Part shown: positions 1 to 7,648 of the stretch, piece by piece | Position numbering within the stretch: position 1 is the stretch's first letter | Layout: each line of letters opens with the position of its first letter | Origin: Gemmatimonadaceae bacterium | Lineage (GTDB): Bacteria; Gemmatimonadota; Gemmatimonadetes; Gemmatimonadales; Gemmatimonadaceae | Reading direction: 5' to 3' | DNA: 59,958 bases | Assembly (NCBI GenBank): GCA_036377755.1 | Contig: DASUXX010000171.1 | Span: forward strand, 1-59,958 | The notes under the pieces: model-generated | The model's input: the letters and a program-made list of their open reading frames with translations, nothing else | Databases searched by the model: none | Told to the model about the DNA's origin: nothing | Made by a program: the position numbers and the translations under genes

Positions 1-28
1 AGTGTGGCACAGCAATCGGACGGAGAGC

Positions 29-2152
29 GTGGCAAAGAAGAAAACCGCTGCACGGAAAAAATCGACGAAGTCTCCTGCGAGGGCCAACGCGATCTCCGAC
101 ATCGCAAAGAGTCTCGAGCCGATGTACGCATCCATCGGCGAGCGCGTTCCCGGCGAAGGATGGACGTTCGAGCCCAAGTACGACGGTGTGCGTGTGCTCG
201 CATTTGCAACACCCGGTGACGTACGACTCATCACTCGCAACGGAAAAGACAAGTGCGAGCAGTTCCCTGAGATCGTCGATGCGCTTTCAGCGCTTGCGAC
301 ACAAAAGAAAAAAGCATTCGTGCTCGACGGCGAGATTGTCGCACTGATTTCCGGCGAGCCTGGCAGGTTCCAGGAACTGCAGAGCCGGATGCATGTGAAG
401 GAATCGCACATGATCGCGCGGCATCGCACGTCCAGCCCCGCCGCTCTCATTCTCTTCGACATTCTCGCGGCAGGTGATGATGTTCTTCTCCGCGAGCCGT
501 GGACAAAACGGCGCGCGCGATTGCTCAAGGAAATCGGCAAGTCGACGTCGAATCAGGTTCGAATTACCGAATCAGTCGACGGCGACGGCGAGAAGATGCT
601 CGCGCTTGCGCGAAAGCAGGGCTGGGAGGGAATCATCGCGAAGCGGATGGATTCCGTTTACGAGCCCGGCAATCGGTCGCGGTCATGGCTCAAGTTGAAG
701 ATTGAATTTCGTCAGGAGTTCGTCGTCGGCGGCTTTACCGAGCCCCGCAATTCGCGCCAGCATATCGGCGCACTGCTGCTCGGCTACTTCGATGGCGACC
801 GATTCATCTATGTGGGCCACACCGGGGGAGGCTTCACTGGCGCGGGACTCGCGGAGATGTACCGGCGGCTTGCTCCGCTCGAGGTTCCGAAGTCGCCTTT
901 TGAAGAGGTGCCCAAGACCAACGAGCGTGCTCACTGGGTAAAGCCGAAGGTCGTTGTCGAGGTGAAGTTCAGCGAATGGACGGGCGATGGAAAACTTCGC
1001 CAGCCCATCTACCTCGGCACACGTGACGACAAGAAGGCAACCGAGGTCGGCCGCGAAGGCTCGAGCATGCAGAAAAAATCCGGGGCGAAAAAAACTTCAA
1101 CGACAGCAGCCGCAAAGAACGTTACGAAGTCAAAGGCACGGCGCCGGGTCTATGCTCAGCGCACGCTCGAGAGCGAGACGAGCTCGCCGAAAAAGCGCGG
1201 CTCCAAGGTTCTGAAAGCTGACGGGATCGTTAACCAGTTGAATGAGATCCAGGTAAGTGGCGGTTCTGGACGCCTGGAGATTGGACGCGGCGCAGCACTC
1301 GATGTGTCGAATCTTGGGAAGGTTTTCTTTCCGAAGAAGAAGCTCACGAAAGGTGATCTTCTCAGGTACTACGCCACCGTCGCTCCGTTTGTACTGCCGG
1401 TGATGGCAGACCGGCCGCTTGTATTGAAGCGTTTCCCCAATGGTGTGAGCGGCCAGTCGTTCTTCCAGCAGAATGCCGGTGACGTTCCCGATGTCGTTCG
1501 CACTGAGACGATTCACACTCAGGGTGGCTCGACAAATCTTCGAATCGTTGGCGGCGATCTTCCGACTCTGCTCTATACCACTCAGCTCGGCGCAGTTTCA
1601 GTTGATCCGTGGCATTCGAGAGTTCAGTCTCTCGATCACGCTGACTACACGATCATAGATCTCGATCCGGGTCCGCGTGCTCCGTTCAGCCGTGTCGTTG
1701 AAATTGCGCGATACGCCAGGGAAGTGATGGACTCGCTTGGCCTGCACGGGGCATTGAAGACTTCAGGTTCGAGCGGAATGCACATCTACATCCCGCTTCC
1801 TCCGAATACTCCGAACGAAGCAGCGACACTGGTTGCGCAGATCGTCGCGACGCGCGTTGCCGAAGAACATCCAAAGGTTGCGACAATCGAGCGATGGGTG
1901 AAGCAGCGCGGCGCGGCGCAGGTCTATGTCGATTATCTCCAGAACATCATCGGCAAGACAGTCGCGGGAGCATATGCTGCGCGCGCGAATCCTGACGCAA
2001 TGGTTTCAACGCCCTTGGAATGGGATGAGCTGACGGACGATCTCGATCCGCGCGAATTCACAATCGAGACCGCGCCTGCAAGATTCGCCGAGGTTGGCGA
2101 CATCTGGGCAAAGCAGATGAAAAAGAAAAATTCGCTCAAGGCTCTGTTGTAG
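29..2152 (+). CDS. ligD: DNA ligase D (ATP-dependent ligase domain + primase-polymerase domain), NHEJ
   Basis: Ligase motif I EPKYDG, EGIIAKR, WLKLK and OB fold (LRQPIYLGTRDDK). C-terminal PolDom (KRFPNG, IDLDP, KTSGSSGMHIY, DYLQN). GTG at 29 follows GGAGAG; the ORF is open to position 2. Confidence 0.92.
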   Translation: MAKKKTAARKKSTKSPARANAISDIAKSLEPMYASIGERVPGEGWTFEPKYDGVRVLAFATPGDVRLITRNGKDKCEQFPEIVDALSALATQKKKAFVLDGEIVALISGEPGRFQELQSRMHVKESHMIARHRTSSPAALILFDILAAGDDVLLREPWTKRRARLLKEIGKSTSNQVRITESVDGDGEKMLALARKQGWEGIIAKRMDSVYEPGNRSRSWLKLKIEFRQEFVVGGFTEPRNSRQHIGALLLGYFDGDRFIYVGHTGGGFTGAGLAEMYRRLAPLEVPKSPFEEVPKTNERAHWVKPKVVVEVKFSEWTGDGKLRQPIYLGTRDDKKATEVGREGSSMQKKSGAKKTSTTAAAKNVTKSKARRRVYAQRTLESETSSPKKRGSKVLKADGIVNQLNEIQVSGGSGRLEIGRGAALDVSNLGKVFFPKKKLTKGDLLRYYATVAPFVLPVMADRPLVLKRFPNGVSGQSFFQQNAGDVPDVVRTETIHTQGGSTNLRIVGGDLPTLLYTTQLGAVSVDPWHSRVQSLDHADYTIIDLDPGPRAPFSRVVEIARYAREVMDSLGLHGALKTSGSSGMHIYIPLPPNTPNEAATLVAQIVATRVAEEHPKVATIERWVKQRGAAQVYVDYLQNIIGKTVAGAYAARANPDAMVSTPLEWDELTDDLDPREFTIETAPARFAEVGDIWAKQMKKKNSLKALL

Positions 2153-2180
2153 TAGCGCTGGAAGGCCGAGATAAGAGAAG

Positions 2181-2203
2181 CTCTGTGTCTCTGCTATCTC
2201 TGT
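2181..2203. repeat. Short dispersed intergenic repeat CTCTGTGTCTCTGC-N3-CTCTGT, copy 1
   Basis: 20/23 identical to 5283-5305. Confidence 0.55.
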
Positions 2204-2256
2204 CCGGCGCTTGTTGCGCGAAGCGCAAAAAGCCGCCCTCTGTTACCTCGCGCCGC

Positions 2257-2559
2257 TTAGCGCGAGCCTACTTTACGCAGGGGAAGGTCGAGCTGATCAG
2301 TCTTCTCAGCTACGTCATTCGGCGGCGCGCTGGCGCTCTCGTCGCTGGTCTCATCCACCATATGAGTCAGCTTGTAATACAGATGGAGCGCATTCACAGG
2401 CGCGATGAAGCTGCGGCGCCCGGCGCGCGAGATGGCGACCGCCTCTTCGCGCACGCGACGAGGCAGGTCCTGAGCCAGTGGAAGCGCCAGGAGTCTCCTG
2501 ATTTCAGATGTATCTCTCGCCAACAGTGCAGCGCAGAGGCTGTCCAGGTATGCGAGCAT
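2257..2559 (-). CDS. Hypothetical protein (100 aa) with C-terminal QLDLPL motif
   Basis: GGAG upstream of ATG, helical N-terminus, fills the gap between ligD and the NrtR-type gene. Confidence 0.65.
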   Translation of the reverse strand: MLAYLDSLCAALLARDTSEIRRLLALPLAQDLPRRVREEAVAISRAGRRSFIAPVNALHLYYKLTHMVDETSDESASAPPNDVAEKTDQLDLPLRKVGSR

Positions 2560-2666
2560 CGGTCTCCGAGACTAAGGCTAATTAAACCTTATGTACACAT
2601 TGCAACTAATACACCGGAATGGCAAGATCGGCTATAACCGGAAGTTTCCCGTTGCAATCCTTTTAC

Positions 2667-3341
2667 TTAAGACGACAGAAGATCCAGTCTGATACCCCGC
2701 TGGGCCGGACGGCGTTTCCTGGGAGCATACCGGTAGAGCTGAGCGGGCCGGCCCCGGCCCTCGCTTCGCCACTCATCGGTGGGCTCCACGAGCCATGCTG
2801 CCTGGAGAGCTCGTCGGAAGCTTGCCTTGTGCAGCCTTTTACCGAGCAGCAGCTCGTACATCTGCTGGAGCTCAGTGAGGGTAAACATCTGGGGAAGCAA
2901 TCTGAAGGCCACCGGCGACTGGTCCATCCTGATGCGAATTGCCGCCAATGCACTGTCGAGTATCTGCCGCTGTCTCGGTGCTAGTTGAGGCACGTCTGAG
3001 AGGGTAAACCACGCGTAGACGCCGCCAACTGGCGAAGGCGTTCCCATTGGCGCCAGGCCGGCGTACGCAACCGAGATCTCGGCATCAGACGGATGCCGCC
3101 TCCCATCGCCGAACGCTCCAACCTGCTCGAGCCACGCGGGCTCTCCAATCGATGCCGCCTTCGCAATGCGTGTGGCCGTTGCTTCCATTGTCTCCGCTGG
3201 ACGCTGCGCATCCCACGGAATCACCCACTTGTCGCGCCCCTCAGGAGCACGACATAGAAGCACGGCAAGCTGACTCCCGACCGCGGTGAGAAGCACGACG
3301 TCGATCGTGCAAGCCGGCCTGCGATTTTTGCGATCGGGCAT
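2667..3341 (-). CDS. nrtR: NrtR-family transcriptional regulator (degenerate Nudix + winged HTH)
   Basis: EQVGAFGDGRRHP, ISVAY and the C-terminal FTLTELQQMYE..LHKASFRR..GRGRPAQLY are typical of NrtR. Confidence 0.85.
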   Translation of the reverse strand: MPDRKNRRPACTIDVVLLTAVGSQLAVLLCRAPEGRDKWVIPWDAQRPAETMEATATRIAKAASIGEPAWLEQVGAFGDGRRHPSDAEISVAYAGLAPMGTPSPVGGVYAWFTLSDVPQLAPRQRQILDSALAAIRIRMDQSPVAFRLLPQMFTLTELQQMYELLLGKRLHKASFRRALQAAWLVEPTDEWRSEGRGRPAQLYRYAPRKRRPAQRGIRLDLLSS

Positions 3342-3352
3342 GATACACGCGA

Positions 3353-3380
3353 ATTAGTCACGTCATGTGACTAATGTCAA
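3353..3380 (-). promoter_or_regulatory. Palindromic operator ATTAGTCAC-N5-GTGACTAAT overlapping a promoter with TTGACA -35
   Basis: Perfect 9-bp inverted repeat at 3353-3375. TTGACA on the minus strand at 3380-3375. The repeat ends 11 bp upstream of the nrtR ATG. Confidence 0.7.
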
Positions 3381-3477
3381 GTACCGATTTTGTTATTAGT
3401 ATCGGATCGCTAATTAATAGCGTCTGGCGGGTAACTAGTATATACGATTATCTGAACTGCGCGTCAACTCGCGAGCA

Positions 3478-5274
3478 TTATTGTGAAGCTGACGCGCTCC
3501 GCATGATGCCGGTTCCTCTTGTAACAATGCTGCCCGAGAGAGGAATCGAAATCGGAAGTCTTCCCGTAATCGGCTGCGTGCCGAGCAAAGCACGAGCTGC
3601 CGCAGTCTGCGATGGAGGAAAGCCTCCCCATGCTACGACATATGTAGGCACAAACGGAATCTGCTGAAGCAAGTACGGATTTCCGAAGCTCACGACAATT
3701 GGACGCCTGCCCTTGGCCGTCAGACGCTGCACGAATGACGCAAACGCTTGTGGCGCGCTCGCCGAAACAGCATCCCAGTTCTGTCCAACATAGGAGCTCA
3801 CGATGACTACATCGGCCGAATCCGCTGCACGCTCGAGTCGTCCATAATCAGCAGCAGGATCTTCAGCAGCGAGGAATTCCGTTCGGAGATTTTTGATCTT
3901 CGTTCTCAGCTCACCATTGAATGCGACACCGGCTGCCAGATCGGTTCGCCTGCCCACGGATATAGAGAGAACACGGGCGTTTGAGGCGTTCGCAAGCGGA
4001 ACCACCCTGGACGAATCCCTCACCAGCGTGATCGACTTGTTTGCGATGCGCGTCGCCATCGCGGTATGCGAGCTGTCGCCGACGATGTATCGCAGCGAAT
4101 CGAGGCTTACGAGCTTGTTGCGATTGAGGCCCAGATCCTCCTTGGCCTTGAGAATCCGGCGAACAGATTCATTGAGCCGCGCTTCGGTATAACGGCCTTC
4201 CTTCACTCCAGCGACCACAGCATCGATGGTCTCGGCCACGTTAAGTGGCTGAATCAGTATGTCCACGCCCGCTGCAACTGCTCGCTTCACTGCCTCGACT
4301 GCTCCGTATTGCGCAAGCACACCCTGCATGTCCATCGCATCGGAGATGATCATGCCCTTGAAGCGAAGCTCATTGCGCAGAAGATCGGTGAGCACTTTCT
4401 GCGACAGAGTCCCGGGAACACCTGATGAGTCCAGCGCCGGCATTGCACCGTGAAACGACATGATTGCGCCAACACCGCTATTCACCGCCGCTCGAAATGG
4501 TACCAGTTCGACACTATCGAGCCTGTTTCTGCTCACCGTGACGACAGGCAGGGCAAGATGCGAGTTGACCCCAGTATCACCGTGCCCCGGAAAATGCTTC
4601 CCGGTCGCGATCATCCCGTTTTCCTGAATTCCCCGGATGAACGCAGCGCCCAGGCGCGCTGCAGACGCCGGATCCTCGCCATATGAGCGGGTATTGATGA
4701 CTGGATTGGCGGGATTGTTGTTGACGTCCAGCACGGGCGCATAAGCGATGTGGATTCCGAGTGCCCTGCCCTCGACCGCAGTGAGTCTTCCCTGCTCGTA
4801 AGCCAGCGTTGTGTCACCGGTCGCCCCGATCGCCATCTCCGGCGGGAATACGACGGCTCCCCCAAGGTCGATCGCATTGGGAATGAAGTATCCGCCGCGC
4901 GCCCGGAACCCTGCTCCCGCTTCGAGGTCAGCGCCGAAGACGAGCGGAATCGAGCTCATTTCCTGAAGCGCGTTCAGCTTCGCTGCGACTTCCGTTGGCG
5001 ATCCAACTGAGATCGTAAACCCGCCGACCTTCTCTTTCTTGATGTACTCAGTCAGGTGCTGCCACTGTGGCGAGTCACCCGAGGTATAATCGCCGAGCAC
5101 GGTGGGCCATACCATCTGTGCGGCTTTGTCTCGCAGCGACAGCGTCGCCAATACCGAATCAGCCCAGTCTCTGCGGGCGGACGGTGCCTGGACCCCCGCA
5201 GTTGTGGTCGTGGTTGAAGCCGATGCGCACCCCGCAATAACGAGCGCGCCCACAAAAATGCGAGCTGATTTCAT
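3478..5274 (-). CDS. Glycoside hydrolase family 3 (beta-N-acetylhexosaminidase-like) lipoprotein
   Basis: ADLEAG, APVLDVNNNPANPVINTRSYGED, KHFPGHG..NSH, ISDAMDM; lipobox LVIAGC after the Met at 5274. Confidence 0.9.
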   Translation of the reverse strand: MKSARIFVGALVIAGCASASTTTTTAGVQAPSARRDWADSVLATLSLRDKAAQMVWPTVLGDYTSGDSPQWQHLTEYIKKEKVGGFTISVGSPTEVAAKLNALQEMSSIPLVFGADLEAGAGFRARGGYFIPNAIDLGGAVVFPPEMAIGATGDTTLAYEQGRLTAVEGRALGIHIAYAPVLDVNNNPANPVINTRSYGEDPASAARLGAAFIRGIQENGMIATGKHFPGHGDTGVNSHLALPVVTVSRNRLDSVELVPFRAAVNSGVGAIMSFHGAMPALDSSGVPGTLSQKVLTDLLRNELRFKGMIISDAMDMQGVLAQYGAVEAVKRAVAAGVDILIQPLNVAETIDAVVAGVKEGRYTEARLNESVRRILKAKEDLGLNRNKLVSLDSLRYIVGDSSHTAMATRIANKSITLVRDSSRVVPLANASNARVLSISVGRRTDLAAGVAFNGELRTKIKNLRTEFLAAEDPAADYGRLERAADSADVVIVSSYVGQNWDAVSASAPQAFASFVQRLTAKGRRPIVVSFGNPYLLQQIPFVPTYVVAWGGFPPSQTAAARALLGTQPITGRLPISIPLSGSIVTRGTGIMRSASASQ

Positions 5275-5282
5275 GATTGTCT

Positions 5283-5305
5283 CTCTGTGTCTCTGCGAAC
5301 TCTGT
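5283..5305. repeat. Short dispersed intergenic repeat, copy 2
   Basis: CTCTGTGTCTCTGCGAACTCTGT matches 2181-2203. Confidence 0.55.
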
Positions 5306-5373
5306 AGACGGCCGTAGGCTCGTCCTCTCGCGCCCTCACGATCAGCCATTGAGTCGATCGGTTACCGATCGAC

Positions 5374-5652
5374 TCAATGGCTGATCGTACCCTGTTTAGT
5401 GGTATCTATCTCGGCGTTTGTTCCCGTCTTGAACAGGAACGCTGACATGTTGCGCGTAAGAAAAGACCGCGCCTGCGGATCCATCACGTCGAGACCGTAA
5501 TGGTTGATGAGCATCGTCTGCTGCTTGCCCCAGTCAGCCCAGCACTGCTTGCAGATCTCATTCACTACGCGCTGCCCGATTGGCCCTGGAAATGGAGGCC
5601 TCTCGAATCCCTCTCGCGTCTGCCCGCACCGGGTGCAGGTCACATCTGCCAC
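5374..5652 (-). CDS. yggX: Fe(II)-trafficking / oxidative damage protection protein YggX
   Basis: PPFPGPIGQR..ICKQCWADW..QTMLINHYGL..DPQARSFL signature. Confidence 0.88.
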   Translation of the reverse strand: MADVTCTRCGQTREGFERPPFPGPIGQRVVNEICKQCWADWGKQQTMLINHYGLDVMDPQARSFLTRNMSAFLFKTGTNAEIDTTKQGTISH

Positions 5653-5655
5653 GGC

Positions 5656-6405
5656 CTATGACCTCGCGTACTGAATCTTCGCGAGTCCGACCCAGGAAAG
5701 AAGCTTGAGATAAACCCATCCGATATCGAACTCGTACCACTTCGCCTTGAACTTCGCTGAATGCGGATCTGCATGATGGTTGTTGTGCAGCTCTTCACCA
5801 CCGAGCCAGATCGCTAGAGGCAGGATGTTACGACTCTCGTCCTTCACGCCGAAGTTGCGATATCCGATCGCGTGACCAACTCCATTGATGATCCCCGCGG
5901 CCCAGAACGGAATCCAGATCATCTGGATGCCCCACACGAGCGGTCCGATGAAAAGGCCGAAGAGGTAGATGTCGATGAGCAGCATCACGATGATGCCAAG
6001 CGAGCTCCAGCGGGTAAGGAGGTGTCTCTCGAGCCAGTCGTTCGGCGTACCCTTTCCATACTTCTCGAGAATTCCCGGCTGGCGAATCGCCTTCCTATAG
6101 TAGAAGGCACCCTTCAGCACGATGTTGCGAAGTCCTTCGAGCAGCGGGCTGTGCGGATCGCCATCGCGATCGGCAAATGCGTGATGCTTTCTATGGCACG
6201 CAACCCACTCCTTGGTCACTATGGCTGTCGACAGCCATAGCCACAACCGCATCGGCAGCGCTGCGAGATAGTGCAGCTTCACACTTCTGTGAGTCTGAGC
6301 GCGATGCAGAAACAGCGTCACACAAACGTTGGTCAGATGACCGGCGATGACGATGAAAAGAACCGGCTTCCACCAATCCGCCGCCCAGCTTCCAAAACCC
6401 GGCAT
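5656..6405 (-). CDS. Delta-9-type fatty acid desaturase
   Basis: His boxes HRAQTH, HRKHH, GEELHNNHH; DPHSP; hydrophobic segments. Confidence 0.92.
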   Translation of the reverse strand: MPGFGSWAADWWKPVLFIVIAGHLTNVCVTLFLHRAQTHRSVKLHYLAALPMRLWLWLSTAIVTKEWVACHRKHHAFADRDGDPHSPLLEGLRNIVLKGAFYYRKAIRQPGILEKYGKGTPNDWLERHLLTRWSSLGIIVMLLIDIYLFGLFIGPLVWGIQMIWIPFWAAGIINGVGHAIGYRNFGVKDESRNILPLAIWLGGEELHNNHHADPHSAKFKAKWYEFDIGWVYLKLLSWVGLAKIQYARS

Positions 6406-6508
6406 TTTACCTTTTGCTCCATTTTAAACGTACGACTGCGATTGCTTGCGCAATTTACCCGGAATCCCCTTGCGGCTCAATCAGGCCGCCTCTAGCGTCT
6501 CCCTCGAC

Positions 6509-7648
6509 ATGAAGCGCACGCAAACGTCGAAACCAAAGCACGATTCAGCACGTGACACCACGCTGATTCCGGGCCACGCAACACCCGCAGGCACGAGTCG
6601 TTTTGCAAATCGCTTCGCCGATCGGTTTGCCGCTGATTTCTTTCGAAGTACGTCAGGCGGTCTCACCGTCTCCTCGATCGGTATGGGCACATACCTCGGC
6701 GAATGTGACGACAACGAAGACCAGCGATATCGGGATGTCATCACGCAGGGTGTCACACTCGGTCTCAATTTCGTCGACACAGCGATCAATTACCGCTGTC
6801 AGCGCTCCGAGCGCGCAGTCGGCAGAGCATTACGCAGCATTGTCGACGATGGCGTGGCGTCGCGGGATGAAATTGTTGTCTGCACCAAAGGCGGATATGT
6901 ACCGCTCGAGGGAATGCCACCGGAATCGCGCACCGAATACGACTCATATCTCGACGAGCAGTACTTCGCTCCGTCTATCATGTCGAAAGACGATGTCGTC
7001 GCAGGTGGCCACTGCGTTCGCCCGAGATTTCTTGCTGACCAGATAGAGCGCAGCCGTCACAATCTCGGACTCGAGTGCATCGACCTGTTTTACCTGCACA
7101 ACCCTGAGCAGCAGCTGGACTCTCTCGATCGCTCACGATTCATGTCGAGTATCACTGAAGCATTCGCCGAGCTCGAGAGACAAGTCGCGATGGGACACAT
7201 ACGTGCATACGGCTGCGCGACCTGGAATGGACTCCGGTCCGCCGCTAATGCAAGAAATCATCTCTCACTTGGTGACCTCGTTACCGCCGCTGAAAAAGCC
7301 GGCGGAAAGTCTCACCATTTCCGGTTTGTGCAGCTGCCAGTCAATCTTGCGATGACCGAGGCAGTGCGCTCTCAGACGCAAGCGATGCACGGTAAGCCCG
7401 CAAACGTTGTCGATACAGCGAGAGATCTCGACATCTCGGTAATCGCCAGCGCTTCATTGATGCAGTCGCAGCTCGCACAGAATCTTCCGCCTGCTGTGAA
7501 GTCGCTTTTTCCTGACCTCTCTACCGACGCGCAGCGCGCTATCGCATTCGTGAGGTCGCTGCCGCTTTCATCTGCACTTGTCGGTATGCGATCGCTCGAT
7601 CACCTGAAAGAAAATCTCGCCGCGGGCTCTGCAGTCATTCGAGCCTGA
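6509..7648 (+). CDS. Aldo/keto reductase
   Basis: SSIGMGTY, DTAINY, CTKGGY, IDLFYLHNP, LVGMRSLDHLKENL. Confidence 0.88.
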   Translation: MKRTQTSKPKHDSARDTTLIPGHATPAGTSRFANRFADRFAADFFRSTSGGLTVSSIGMGTYLGECDDNEDQRYRDVITQGVTLGLNFVDTAINYRCQRSERAVGRALRSIVDDGVASRDEIVVCTKGGYVPLEGMPPESRTEYDSYLDEQYFAPSIMSKDDVVAGGHCVRPRFLADQIERSRHNLGLECIDLFYLHNPEQQLDSLDRSRFMSSITEAFAELERQVAMGHIRAYGCATWNGLRSAANARNHLSLGDLVTAAEKAGGKSHHFRFVQLPVNLAMTEAVRSQTQAMHGKPANVVDTARDLDISVIASASLMQSQLAQNLPPAVKSLFPDLSTDAQRAIAFVRSLPLSSALVGMRSLDHLKENLAAGSAVIRA

